In this document: positions 13,536 to 26,448 of the stretch, piece by piece
How positions within the stretch are numbered: the first letter of the stretch is position 1
How the letters are laid out: each line of letters starts with the position of its first letter
From: Malacoraja senta
Taxonomy: Eukaryota
Direction of reading: 5' to 3'
DNA length: 64,000 bases
Assembly: GCA_038087875.1 (NCBI GenBank)
Contig: CM075995.1
Location: 2,234,001-2,298,000, forward strand
The notes under the pieces: model-generated
Told to the model about the DNA's origin: nothing
The model's input: the letters and a program-made list of their open reading frames with translations, nothing else
Database searches by the model: none
Translations under genes and position numbers: made by a program

Positions 13536-14602
13536 CACAATATGTTGTATCACAACATTCTGTGTTGTCATGGATTTTTACATGATGATACCCCTAGTGT
13601 CTTATAGGTAGTTGATACCATATAACTGAAAATAGGTAACTCACCCATCCGCCTCCGTAACTAGAGATGGTATTCGTAATTTCATCTTTGAGTACTAGCA
13701 TCAGTTTGAAATATAACTAAAGAGTTACTGAGCAATGTTAGTTCTGATAATGCAGAGGCCCAAATGCACAGCTGAAAACACAGCCGCTATATTGCCAATT
13801 ACTCTTGATGACTAGAGGCTGCTTTATAATAACAAGGTTGTTGTAGGCTTTAATTAATTCCCATCTCTTGCCGCAGGGCAGAGTCACAGCAAATTAATAG
13901 TTAAAGGTAAATCACAACAATCAATAACTCTAGTTGGTATCAACTTAAATTTAACTGGATGGATGCCGAAACAGTTAATTTTAGCAAAATACAGCGTTTT
14001 AGAATCATGTAGATGGCCATAAAAAGTGTTTTTGAGCTCTAAGCAGCCCAAGCACCGGTTTTGCTATGTTCACTTTATCATTTGTACAAAAAATAAGTAT
14101 TACCAACTTGTAAATGGTCCACATATCCCATGTTTCGGAAAGAACCAGACCCACCTACCTTCATGGTTACCGGTGGTCTTATGGTAAGCTCAAAGGCCCC
14201 TGATGCGGGTTCTATTTCCGTCCTTGATTGGAGAGTAGGACTGGCAGGGTACGTGTATTCCGTATTTTTCCTGAGACCGGCTTGGGCCTTGGCCTAAAAG
14301 CCCTCTGCCCAGCTTGCTGGCTGCCACCAGCTTCAGTGAACGGCTTACTGCCGATGGAGGCGTGGGGTGTATTGTCGCCGAAACGATGAGGCTGTTCTTG
14401 TAGTTTGACAGCTTTAGCTCCCTCATGCAGGTCTCACCTGTTGAATAGATTTACCTGAAGAGAAGATTCGGTGGCTGGTTTCCTGGGGTCCATGCCCCTC
14501 CAACGTCACCCCTGATAGTGCTGTTCACTGCCGGTACTTTCAGGAACTCCAGTATGTGCCACGGACTAACACTGAGTTTGGAGTCAGTTACACACTGACC
14601 CC

Positions 14603-14848
14603 GACTGCTCCCCTGCTCGGAGAGGGAGACAGTGTTGCAGCCCTGTACACAGGTGCTATTGCCGCGGGCCCCGAGGAGACCTGCGCTGATATGGCCTCTC
14701 CATGGACCATATCCTTCGTGCCTGGTGGTATGCTCCCGGTTATTCCTCCGAACTCCGAGTCAGACAGAACTGCTCCCCTCCTCAGAGAGGGAGACAGTGT
14801 TGCAGCCCTGTACACAGGTGCTGTTGCCGCGGGCCCCGCAGAGACCGC
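14603..14848. repeat. internal ~80-bp direct duplication in the DIRS 5' (gag-like) region
   Basis: actgctcccct..gagagggagacagtgttgcagccctgtacacaggtgct.ttgccgcgggcccc..agacc occurs at ~14603 and ~14769. Confidence 0.85.
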
Positions 14849-15470
14849 GGTGATATAACTCCCTCCTTGGAGCATACCATTGTGGACCACCTCTCCATCA
14901 GGTGCTCCATGTGGGTTAGACGTCCGAAGAACGTTACCCATTGAAGGAGGGGATCCTCTGCATCAGGAATCCTCCTGGCCCGACTCCTTTGAGTCAACGG
15001 GCCGTGCAGATTTTCTCCTTGGCTAACCCTCCGAGCGGGTTTGCCAAGGTGCTGCCGGCACCAGTCTGAAGCCGCTGGCTCCACCGCCAGCGACTCTGAA
15101 GGCGAATCTTGACCGCTGCCGCTACCCGCACTTCCGCGGTCTCCGTAGCCGGTTTCCTGCGGTCTCCGTAGCCGGGATTCCCCGAGGTCGTGACCGGGAT
15201 TCCCCACGGTCCGTGACTGGGACGTGGTCCATAAAGGTTTCTCCGCGGCCTGTCCCGACTTCGCCCCGAAATCCAGCAGGAACTCTGTAAAAGAGATTCC
15301 TGCAGAGAAACATAACCTGGAAAGTTAAAAAATTACCTTGCAGGTTTAAACTTACCGCTGGCAGGAGCAGCGCACCTGCCAGTCAGCGTTGCACCATGCG
15401 TGGACGTAATGACGCGCATGCGGGTTGACGGCTTCTTCACTTAGTCACTCACGTGACTCCGAAGTAAAAT

Positions 15471-16446
15471 TGGTTGGCAGACAGGAAACAAAGAGTAGAG
15501 ATTAACAGGTCCCTTTCAGAATGGCAGGCAGTGACTAGTGGGGTACCGCAAGGCTCGGTGCTGGGACCGCAGCTATTTACAATATTTATTAATGATTTAG
15601 ATGAAGGGAATACAAGTAACATTAGCAAATTTGCAGATGACACAAAGCTGGGTGGCAGTGTGAACTGTGAGGAGGACGCTATGAGAATGCAGGGTGACTT
15701 GGACAGGTTTTGTGAATGGGCAGTTACACGGCAGATGCAGTTTAATGTGGATAAATGTGAGGTTATCCACTTTGGTAGCAAAAATTGTGTCAAGTTGGGA
15801 AAAGGGGAAGTACAACGGGATCTGGGGTCCTTGTTCATCAGCCAATGAAAGTAAGCATGCAGGTACAGCAGGCAGTGAAGAAAGCAAATGGCATGTTGGC
15901 CTTCATAACAAGAGGGGTTGAGTATAGGAGCAAAGAGGTCCTTCTGCAGTTGTACAAGGCCCTAGTGAGACCACCCTTGGAATATTGTGTACAGTTTTGG
16001 TCTCTGTGTTTGAGGAAGGACATTCTTGCTATTGAGGGAGTGCAGCGTAGGTTCACAAGGTTAATTCCCAGGATGGTGGGACTCTCATATACTGAGAGAA
16101 TGGAGCGGTTGGGCTGGTATACTCTGGAATTTCGAAGGATGATACGGAATCTTATTGAAACATATAAGATGATTAAGGGTTTGGACATGCTAGAGGCAGG
16201 AAACATGTTCCCGATGTTTTCCAGAATTCCCGAATTCTCTACCTCAGAGGGTGGTGGAAGCCGGTTCTCTGGATACTTTCAAGAGAGAGCCAGATAGGGC
16301 TCTTAAAGATAGCGGAGTCAGGGGATATGGGGAGAAGGCAGGAACGGTGTTCTGATTGTGGGTGATCAGCCATGATCACATTGAATGCAGTGCTGGGTCG
16401 AAGGGCCGAATGGCCTACTCCTGCACCTAATGTCTATTGTCTATTG
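15471..16446 (+). pseudogene. CR1 LINE ORF2, 3' part (RT and C-terminus) plus tail; continuation of 9980-11409
   Basis: SGVPQGSVLGPQLFTIFINDL, KFADDTK, QFNVDKC, LVRPPLEYCVQFWS; (ATTGTCT)n tail. Confidence 0.92.
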
Positions 16447-17169
16447 CCTATAGAAGGCTGTGGAGACCGTCAATGGATATCTTTAAGTCAGAGATAGATA
16501 TATTCTTGATTTGTATGGGTGTCAGAGGTTATGGGGAGAAGGCGGGAGAATGGGGTCTGAGAGAGAGAGAGATCAGCCATGATTGAATGGTGGAGTAGAC
16601 TTGATGGGCTGAATGGCCTAATCCTGCTCCTATCATGTATGAACGTGAATCTCAACTGGAAGTCATGTACAAGCTGAGTGACCGGGGCTCTTTCCTGGGA
16701 GTGCAAATGTTAAACCTGTAACATCTGTAGTTCCTTATGCCTACGTTTTACCAGAATGCTGCCTGGATTGGAGGGTATAAACTCTAAAGAGGGCTTGGAC
16801 AAATTTGGATTGTTTTTCTGGACGACCAGTGGTTGAGGAGAGACCTGATAGAAGTATATAAAATGATGAAGGCATAGATTGGGTAACATAGAAACATAGA
16901 AAATAGGTGCACGAGGAGGCCATTCGGCCTTTTGAGTAGACAGAACATTGCTCCCAGGGTGGAAATATCAATGACTAGAGGGTGTAGCTCCAAGGTGAGT
17001 GGGGTAAAGCTGAAAATGATATGTGCGGGGCAGGTTTGTTTACCCAGAGAGTAGTGGGTGTCTGGAATACACTGCCATGGGTAGTGAATGAATGAATGAA
17101 TGAATGATACTCTATTGTCACAGGGTACCTTGGCACAGTGAAATACTTAGTTGCGCATACAACCTAGGC

Positions 17170-17337
17170 CAGTGGTTCTTAACCTTTTTGGCACAGTACG
17201 CGTATACGCAAACAAAATACTGTATTTTTTAGGTTCCTAAACATGTGCTCAACAAATTGATATGTTATTTGTGTCCCCTTCATGACCCCAGGCAAAGCCC
17301 CAAACGGGGGTCACGTCCCCCAGGCTAAGAACCACTG
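17170..17337. mobile_element. short hAT-Charlie-like MITE
   Basis: TIRs CAGTGGTTCTTA / TAAGAACCACTG. The left flank ACCTAGGC resembles the NTCTAGAN-type target, but no right TSD was found. Confidence 0.65.
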
Positions 17338-17665
17338 AGCAAGTGTCGCCACGTGTTGGCGAATGGTGGAGGCAGATACCTGGTGCCATTTAAGCGACTT
17401 TTGTATAGGCACACGGATGCGCAGGGAATGGAGGGATATGGCTACATATATCCAAAGACACACAGGTATGCAGGTTAATTGGCTTGGTAAATGTAAAAAT
17501 TGTCGCTAATGGGTATAGGATAGTGTCAGTGTGCAACTAAACTTGCTGGCAGAGGAGATGAGTTTAACTTGGCATCATGTCCAGCATGGACATTGTGGGC
17601 CAAAGGGCCTGTCCCTGTGCCATACTGTTCTACATTCCATGTCTTAAGAAACAGTTTATGAGATG

Positions 17666-18029
17666 TTCAGATGCACAGAGTCTCTTGTCCAGAGTGGTAG
17701 ATGCATAATCTCTTGCCCAGAGTAGGGGAATTGAGGGCCAGAGGACATAGGTTCAAGGTGAAGGGGTAAAGATTTAATAGGAATCTTAGGGGTAACTTTT
17801 TCGCACAAAGGGTGGTGGGTGTATGGAACAAGCTGCCAGATGAGGTAGTTGAGGCTGGGACTATCCCAACGTTTAAGAAACAGTTAGACAGGTACATGGA
17901 TAGGACAGGTATGGAGAGATATGGACCAAGTGCAGGCAGATGGGACTACTGTTCCTGCGTTAACCGGTGTGGGCAAATTGGGCCGCCGAAGGGCCTGTTT
18001 CCACACTGTATCGCTCTATGACTCTATGT
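17666..18029 (+). mobile_element. CR1 3' fragment flanked by 117-bp direct repeats
   Basis: VVGVWNKLPDEVVEAGT..FKKQLD and an (ATGACTCT) tail. Flanks 17548-17664 and 18031-18147 are copies of each other. Confidence 0.8.
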
Positions 18030-18458
18030 AGGCAGAGGAGATCAGTTTAACTTGGCATCGTGTCCGGCACGGACATTGTGGGCCGAAGGGCCTGTTACTG
18101 TGCCATACTGTTCTGTGTTCCATGTCCTAAGAAGCAGTTTATGAGATATCTGTGATCCATTAAGGACACCATGAGTTACTCCAGCATTTCGTTCCTATCC
18201 AAATTCTGATGGTCCACCCTATCTATGCCTCTCATCATTTTGTAACATAATAATTTTCTGATTTAATTTTGCAACAGTCCACTGAGCATTCGGTGTTTGA
18301 GCCACCAAAGGAGACCAAAAATGTGGCTATTCGGCAACACGTACTATCTACTGTTGGCATGGCTCATAACTCTCCATGCACTCATTAACAATGTGCCTAC
18401 AATCAGAGTACACTGCTCTTAGGCAAGCAAAATTAATGGAACACAGTTAACAGCAACC

Positions 18459-18862
18459 AAGTGTGACAATGCACACCTCCAGATTCCGGAACAGTTTCTT
18501 CCCAGCTGTTATCAGGCAACTGAATCATCCTACCACAACCAGAGAGCAGTCCTGAACTAGAAGTGTGAAAACACACACCTCCAGATTCAGCAACAGTTTC
18601 TTCCCAGCTGTTATCAGGCAACTGAATCATCCCAGCACAACTAGAGAGCAGTGCTGAACTACTATCTACCTCATTGGTGGCTCTCGGTCTATCCTTGATT
18701 GGACTTTGCTGGCTTCACCTTGCATGAAACGTTATTCCCCTATCATGTATCTGTACACAGTGAATGGGTCGATTGTAATCGTATTATCTTTCCGCTGACC
18801 GGATAGCACGCAACAAAAGCTTTTCACTGTACCTCGATATACGTCACAATAAACTAAACTGA
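18459..18862 (+). mobile_element. Rex1/Babar-like 3' end with a ~100-bp tandem duplication
   Basis: aagtgtga..cacacctccagattc..ttcttcccagctgttatcaggcaactgaatcatcc occurs twice in tandem; conserved 3' stem-loop and (TAAAC)n tail. Confidence 0.75.
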
Positions 18863-20064
18863 ACCAGGTCCCTCGATTCACCGACAGCCCCACTTTTTCC
18901 AGTAATTCACCTTGGCCACAATACAAAAACAGATGCAACCACTAAAAGATCTCCAATGAACCAAACTTATCATTGAAATTTAAGCCAAAAATCAATAAAT
19001 TGTATTTATGCTATTATTGTGCATGTTCTTCCTGTCCTCTGCTTCTTATGGCTCCTACTAGGCGTAAGAAAGAACTGCAGATGCTGGTAAAATCGAAGGT
19101 AGACACAAAATGCTGGAGTAACTCAATGGGTGAGGCAGCATCTCTGGAGAGAAGGAATGGGCGATGTTTCAGGTTGAGACCCTTCTTCAGACTCCTACTT
19201 ATCTTTTGAGGTTGTCGAAGGAAAGTGCTTCTTCTATCCGAGTTAGATTTAGCTCTTAGGGCTAACGGAATCAAGGGACATGGGGAGAAAGCAAGAACGG
19301 GGTACTGATTCCGGATGATCAGCCATGATCATATTGAATGGCGGTGCTGGCACGTAGGGCCGAATGGCCTACTCCTGCACCTATTTTCTATGTTTCTATG
19401 TTACTATTCACAGGCTATTTTTAATCAGACTTTACTGGACTTTATCTTGCACTAAACGTTATTCCCTTTATCCAGTATCTGTATACTGTGGATGGCTTGA
19501 TTATGGTGTCTGGCGCTGCAAGGCAGCAACTCTATTGCTGCGCCACCGCAAGTTAAGAACTCTACACCTACAGCTACCAGGACTTGAAAATGGTGCCAAA
19601 TCTAGCGACTTTATATACTCTCCTAGTGTACTACTCCGATACATTTCTACTGTATCTGAGATGCTTATCTAAGATGTAACTTTGTGCTTATGTGTAGTGA
19701 TATTTGCACACAAAAATGTATGTCACTGTACCTCGGTACATGTGACAAATAAAGTGCCATTGAACCATTGATAAAGGTCTTTCAAGAGAGGATTAGATCT
19801 AGCTCTAGATATGGGGGAAAAGCAGGAACGGGGTACTGATTTTAGATGATCAGCCATGATCATATTGAATGGCGGTGCTGGCTCGAAGGACAGAATGGCC
19901 TAGTCCTGCAACTGTTTTTCTGTGTTTCCATGTTAAACGATCCTACTGCAGCAGTGAAAAGTTTAAAGGAAATCATTTTGCAACAGTTTAGTGCAGCCAT
20001 GTTGATTTTCCCTCTGTGATTCAACAAAGCAGCACGGTGGCACAGAGGTAGAGGTGCTGCCTTA

Positions 20065-20367
20065 TGGCCCTGTTCCACTTTCCCGAGTTACTCACGAATT
20101 CTCCCGAGTTTTCCCCTTGATTCAAACTCGGAGAATGTCCGTAGCGAGTCCATAGGAGTCCATAGAGAGTCATTAGGAGGCCGTAGATATTTCGTAGCGG
20201 CTCGTAATGCGAGCCTTAGATACTCGGGGCATCAGGTAAGTCGGGAAGTTTTTTCAGCATGTTGAAAAATGTCCACGAGTATTACTATTACCGTATTTCT
20301 CCGAGTTTGAATCAAGGGGGAAACTCGGGAGAATTCGTGAGTAACTCGGGAAAGCGGGACAGGGCCT
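20065..20367. mobile_element. PIF/Harbinger-type MITE with ~70-bp TIRs, inserted in an HE1/V-SINE
   Basis: Ends TGGCCCTGTTCCAC / GCGGGACAGGGCCT, flanked by TTA / TAA. Splits the SINE sequence gcctta|cagcg. Confidence 0.85.
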
Positions 20368-21145
20368 TAACAGCGTCAGAGACCCGGGCTCGATCCTGAC
20401 TACGGGTGCTGTGTGTATGAGTTTGTACGTTCTCCCCGTGACCTGCGTAGGTTTTCTCCAGGAACTTCGGTTTGCTTCCACACTCCAAAGACGTACAGGT
20501 TTATAGGCTAATTGACTTGGTATAATTGTAACCAGAGAACAGTGCTGAACTATTATCTACCTCGTTGGTGTCCCTCGGACTACCCTTGATCGGACTTTGA
20601 CAGCTTTATCTTGCACTAAACATTATTCCCTTATCATGCATCTGTACACTGTAAATGGCTCGATTGTAATCAGGTATCGTCTTTTCACTGTACCTCGGTA
20701 CACGTGACAATAAACTAAACTGAACTGAACTGAAATTGTCACCAGAGTAAGTAGGAAACCGTTAATGTGCGGGGATCGCTGGTCGGCGGGGACTCAGTGG
20801 ACCTAAGGTCCTGTTTACGTGCTGTATCTCTAAACTAAACTAAACTAAACTAAACTAAACAAAACTAAACTAAACATGCTGAAGTTCTCAACATAAAGCT
20901 CTTAAAATGAATTAGGCTAACTGAGCGAGATAGATTTACCACTGGGGGGAAATACTCTACATTGTTAACATTAATCATACCCAATAATGGACTAGACTAC
21001 AGGCTGATCATCTCCAGGGTACGAGTTTGAATTGATGCTAAACTGAAGGCACGAAAGTTTCCGTGATTGTACCAGCTGCTTTAAGATTCCAAGTGCAATA
21101 ACTTTTGGCACAATCAGTCACTCTCCTCCTGGGTGCAGGTCAAGG

Positions 21146-21447
21146 TTTAGTTTAGTTTAGTTTAGAGATACAGCGCGGAAACAGGCCCTTCGACCCACCG
21201 GGTCCGCGCCGACCAGCGAACCCCACACATTAACGCTATCCTAAACACACGGGGGACGATTTTCACATTTACCAAGCCAATTTACCCAAATACCTGTACG
21301 TCTTTGAGTGTGGGTCTCAGAGAAAACCCCTGCAGCTCACGGGGAGGACGTACAAATTCCGTACAGACAGCGCCCGTAGTCGGGATCGAACCCGGGTGTC
21401 CGGCGCTGCAAGCGCTGTAAGGCAGCAACTCTACCGCTGCGCCGCCC
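21146..21447 (-). mobile_element. HE1/V-SINE-type tRNA-derived SINE
   Basis: A-box-like GGCGCAGCGG, B-box GGTTCGATCCC, V-domain (GGAATTTGTACGTCCTCCCCGTG), CR1-like 3' end and (TAAAC)n tail. Confidence 0.85.
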
Positions 21448-22083
21448 TTAAGGTGATGAAATAATCTGCCACAAATTGGCACCGGCATTAAAAGCCATAA
21501 AGTAGCGTAATCTTGGAACTGGAAATAAAGTGCAGGTTTTTTAGCTCAGCATTCAAACATTTTACTAACATTTTGAAAAAGTGAACGGGACCATTGGCTG
21601 CAGGGGAAACCCCAAAGACCGGTGAGTAGGTCAAGGAGGGAGGTGGTGGTCGGGTTACGGGCCTGCAGCAGCCTTGAGCTTACCTGGACTTACCTGGGCT
21701 CACCTGGATCAGGGGCACTCCAGCACTTCCAGTATGTGGACCAGATTTGGACTTTGGACTTTTTCTTTTTCTTTGTAAACAGCGTCAAAATTTGTCGAGT
21801 GTGCATTTGTGGGTTGTGCAAAAGAATTTCACTGCGCTCTCCATACGTGACAATAAAGAACCATTGGACCATGGGAAATAGCCAGTCCTCAACTTGAATT
21901 GCACTCTCTGGACACAAAGATGCAAGGCAATTTCTAAATCAGTGAAGACCATGCATTCCTGTTATACGATGTGTAACTGAGGCCTCTGCTTTCAAAGAAA
22001 TTAGAAAGCTTCACTCAACTCTTTTCCAATGCAATGTTCCTGTTAATGAGAATCAACCTCAGAGAATCCAGGTTGCATTTTCA

Positions 22084-22390
22084 GTTTAGGTTAGAGATAC
22101 ATCGCGGAAACAGGCCCTTCGGTCCAATGAGTCCACGCCGACCAGCGATCCCCGCACATTAACACTATCCTACACACACTGGGGACAATTCACATTGATA
22201 CCAAGCCAATTTATCTACAAACCTGTACGTCTTTGAATGTGTGGGAGGAAACCGAAGATCTCGGAGAAAACCCACGCACTCACGGAGAGAACGTGCAAAC
22301 TCCATACAGGCAGCACCCGTGGTTGGGATCGAACACGGGTCTCTGGCGCTGTAAACGTTGCAAGGCAGCAGGTCTACCGCTGCGCCACCG
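22084..22390 (-). mobile_element. HE1/V-SINE-type SINE
   Basis: Full-length match to the other copies in the window. Confidence 0.85.
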
Positions 22391-23439
22391 CTTTATGGAG
22401 CCATTCTTGATGATTTTTTTTCCCTCAGCCCCGCATACAACAGCAAGTTCATCTATCAATGTCTTTTCAGATCATTGCCCTGTTGTTTAGGAAACTGATA
22501 TCTTAAGAATGCATCACACCAACAAGGAAAAGAAAACTGATCATTCCAAACACCAAATATAATCCTCTCAGGAATTTATGAGCAATCATAGAAAGGAAGG
22601 CATTTTTCTGATGTGCAGGTATTTTCATGACCTCAAATACACTGAATGGTTTAGAGATTTAAGTGCATTTGAAATGCACTAAAGTCAATATGGTAAATTA
22701 ATAAAATGGGATAGCCAGTTTGTACAGAGCAAGGTCACGCAAACACACAAACCTCAGACAAAGGGTGGTGAGTGCAGGGAACGAGCTGCCAGAGGAAGTA
22801 GCTGAGGCAGCTTGTTTTATCACAACTTTTAAGAAACCTTTAGACAGGTACATGGATAGGGCAGATTTAGAGGGATATGGGACAAACGCAGGCAGGTGGG
22901 ACTAGGGTAGATGGGACGTGTTGGCCAGTGTGGGCAAGTTGCGCCAAAGGGTCTGTCCCACACTGTAAGACTCTATACTCTCTAACATAAATATGAGGAT
23001 AAATATTGGAGAGGACTCTAACAATGCAGACGCATAATGTCATAAACTGTTATAAATAATACAGCAACAGCAAGATATGTTTACTTCTCTGCAAGCAGCC
23101 TTATTTATTTTTTTCTCTCTGACTCTCTCTGAAGATCAACTACTTTTTAAGCCAACATTCAGGCAGGCGTCTGTTTACAAACACAAACTCAAAATCTTAT
23201 ATTTAGTCTAGTTTAGTTTGGTTTATTGTCACGTGTACCGAGGTATAGTGAAAAGCTTTTGTTGTGTACTAACCAGTCAGCGGAAAGACAATACATGATT
23301 ACAATCGACCCATTTACAGTGTATAGGTTTTGCCCCCATAGGTTAAACTTCCATCAAAGAAGGCATATGGTATGCTTGCTTTCACAGGTTGGGGTATTAG
23401 ATATAAGAGGATGTCATGACTGTAGCTTTTCATGCCTCT

Positions 23440-23550
23440 AGATTATCTCTCCCCTGACTCTCAGTCTGAAGAAGGGTCTCGACCCGAAACGTCACCTATT
23501 CCTTTTCTCCAGAGATGCTGCCTGACATTCTGAATTTGTGTCTATCTTCT
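23440..23550 (+). mobile_element. Penelope-like terminal repeat with an intact minimal hammerhead core
   Basis: CTGAAGA-A-GGGT-CTCG-ACCC-GAAAC-GTC at 23466-23493. Confidence 0.7.
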
Positions 23551-23890
23551 ATTCATAGGATGTCGGTCATGCTGAATTTGGACCACTGCGGTCAGTTCTG
23601 GCCACTCCATTACAGGAAGGATGTGGAGGCTTTGGAAAGGGCACAGAGGTGTTTTACCAGACTGCTGCTTGGATTAGGGGCAGTTTGCCACGGGGACAGA
23701 CTTGGATTGTTTTCTCTGGAATGCCAGAGGTTTTGGGGAGGCCTCAAAGAAGTACCTTGGTAATCCATAGTCTGACATTGTCTTTATTTATTTTTTTGAT
23801 GAACCGTGAGGTCAAATCCATGGTGAAATTCAAGTCTGTGGTGTTCAAATCAGATGATCCTGACCTATTTTCTATGTTTCTATGTTTACA

Positions 23891-24203
23891 GGGTGGCACA
23901 GTGGTACAGCGGTAGAGTTGGTGCCTTAGAGCGCTGGAGACTCTGGTGTGATCCTGACTACGGGTGCTGTCTCAACGGAGTTTGTACGTTCTCCCCGTGA
24001 CCTGCGTGGGTTTTCTCCGGGCTCTCCGATTTCCTCCCACACTCCAAAGACGTACAGGTTTGTAGGTTAATTGGCTTGGTATAATTGTAAATTTTCCCTT
24101 GAGTGTGTAGAACTAGCGTAAGTGTGTGGGGATCGCTGGTCGGCGCGGACTCGGTGGGCCGAAGGGTCTGTTTCCGCGCTGTATCTCTAAACTTAACTAA
24201 ACT
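23891..24203 (+). mobile_element. HE1/V-SINE-type SINE (representative full-length copy; roughly 30 full or partial copies in the window)
   Basis: tRNA-like head, V-domain gtacgttctccccgtgacctgcgtgggttttctccggg, tail gggccgaagggtctgtttccgcgctgtatctc(taaac)n. Confidence 0.9.
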
Positions 24204-26023
24204 ACACAGATAACCATGCTGGAGACTGGGGACATGCCGGGTAGGCCCAGCTTACCCGGCGTGGTGGTGTACCTGCTTTGCGTCGCAGAGCCCGCCCGGT
24301 AGGCCCTGCCCTCTCACCACTGATTGTGGACTCACCCACCACGGACAGAGGACCCCCGCCGCAGACCGGAATCCGCCCGGAAGGCCTGGCTCACCAACTG
24401 CGGGCCGAGGACCCACGGGGACCCACCTGGAGGGCCGGTAAGCAGACAGGCCTCCATGGGGGAGTGGGCCGCTGGAGGCCCTGCAACAGCCTGGGGCTCG
24501 GCTGGACCGGGCGCTGCTCCAAGAGGCCGAGCACATGGACCTAACGCGGCCTACACCGGTGGACCTACGGTGGAGGACACCACGGCTACGCTTGGGCAGA
24601 CAGACCCTGCAACGCCGCCAGGACAACAGACCTTCATGGTCACGTCAAGATCCCTTCACTTACAACTGGGACTTGAAAATGGCGCCAAACTGGCGACTCT
24701 GTATACTGTCTCAGTGTACTACTGCTGTACACCCGTACTGTATCTGTGATGCTTATCTAATATGTATCTAAGTGCTTATGTATGGTGATACTTGTTTTAA
24801 ACTGTAGACAAAATGGATTTTGCTGTACCTCGGTCCATGTGACATATAATGAACCATACTATACAGGTAGGCAAAACAAAATTCTCACTCTATCTTCGCA
24901 CATACTGTACAACAATAATAAACCAATAAAAGTTGGTTTAGGATGCTAACTCACTGGTGTTCTTACAGACATGTTTCAAAGACCATTTAATAAAACAGGC
25001 TGACTTACAAATCAAATTCTTACGTGCTTTGTAATTGTGGAACGGTGGCGCAGCGGTAGATATTAAATGTTCGGCACGGACTTGAAGGGCCGAGATGGCC
25101 TGTTTCCGTGCTGTTATGGTTATATGGTTATATGGTTATATGGTTATATGCTGCCTTTCACCTCCAGAGACCCAGGTGCGATCCTGACCTCGTGTGCTGT
25201 CTGTACGGCGTTTGTACATTCTCCCCGTGACCTCGTGGGTTTTCTCTGGGTGCACCGGTTTCCTCCCTCCTTCCAAATACCTGCGGGTTTGTAGGTTAAT
25301 TGGCTTCGGTAAATTGCCCCTAATGTGCAGGATGCGAAACTGGGATTACACAGAACTAGTGTACGGGTGATAGTTAGTCAGCATGGACTCAATGGGCCGA
25401 AGGGCCGGTTTCCGCTCTGTATCTCGAAACTAAAACAAAAATTTATCATAAGCTTCCCCTCAGAAACCACAGACAAATTGCCCTCATCATCTAGAAACAC
25501 ATCAAGATCGCAGGAGCTTGCCAACCCTTTCAATGAAACGATGCAGTCTGCAAGATGTTCTCCTTTCTCTGGGTGCCTGCAGTGAAATTTGAAACTTTTA
25601 CTGCAATGAGAATTGACTCAGGCTTGAGCTGATTTGACAGTGTTTCAGTGTTATTTTTGTGTAAAACAAATCCACAAATTACTTTGACACAGCCAGGGTT
25701 TTGAGAAGTCCAAGCCCCATATGGTTTAAAATTAACGAGGAATATATTTACTGTTTTTCCATCTGCAAAATTACCAAAAGTTTTCTTTCGATGTCTCACA
25801 TTGTGGTACCTGCCCAATTGTTGAAATCTGGTGGTTCTGCAGTTTTGTTTATCAACAGTAGAGTCACAGAGTCATGTAGCATGGAAACAGGCCCTTTGAC
25901 ACAACTTATCCACGATGACCAAGATGCCCCATCTCGCCTAGGCCCCATTTACCCCCATATTGCAATTGGCCCATATTCCTCTAAACCTTTCCTATCTATG
26001 TACCTGCACAACTTTGTCTTAAA

Positions 26024-26358
26024 TTTAGTTTAGTCTAGTTTAGTTTAGTTTAGTGATACAGTGTAGAAACAGACCCTTCAGCCCAGCGAGTCCATGCTGT
26101 CCAACGATCACCTGTACACTAGGTCTATGATATCCCAGTTTCACATCCTACACACTGGGGGCAGTTTACGGAAGCCAATCAACCTACAAACTTGCACGTC
26201 TTTGGAATGTAGGAGGAAACTGGAGCACCTGGAGAAAACTGAAGTGGTCACTAGAGAGAACGCACAAACTCAGTACAGACAGCACCCGAAGTTAGGATCG
26301 AACCCGGGTCTCTGGCGCTGTAAGGTAGCAACTCCACCGCTGCATCACTCTGCTGCCC
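26024..26358 (-). mobile_element. HE1/V-SINE-type SINE
   Basis: As above, on the reverse strand. Confidence 0.8.
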
Positions 26359-26448
26359 TATTGTTGTTGATACTGTACCTGCCTCAAGTGCTTCCTCTGG
26401 CAGTCGATCTGCCCTCTGCGTTATGAACATTGACTTCTCTAACTTAAG

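Larger units (their letters stand above)
11410..15470 (-). mobile_element. DIRS1-type tyrosine-recombinase retrotransposon, decayed, both ends intact
   Basis: ITRs at 11483-11513 / 15410-15440. Internal complementary region 11631-11743 is complementary to both termini. Minus-strand YR remnants: HPLIFRFIK..PRY..WDV..VL (~12510-12600), LCVVTLLQQY (~12230), SHSTRAA..ILAAVGWSN (~11990-12085). MT-like YVFPPF (~13070). The CR1 frame W-I-E-N | W-L-A-D rejoins across the element. Confidence 0.9.
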
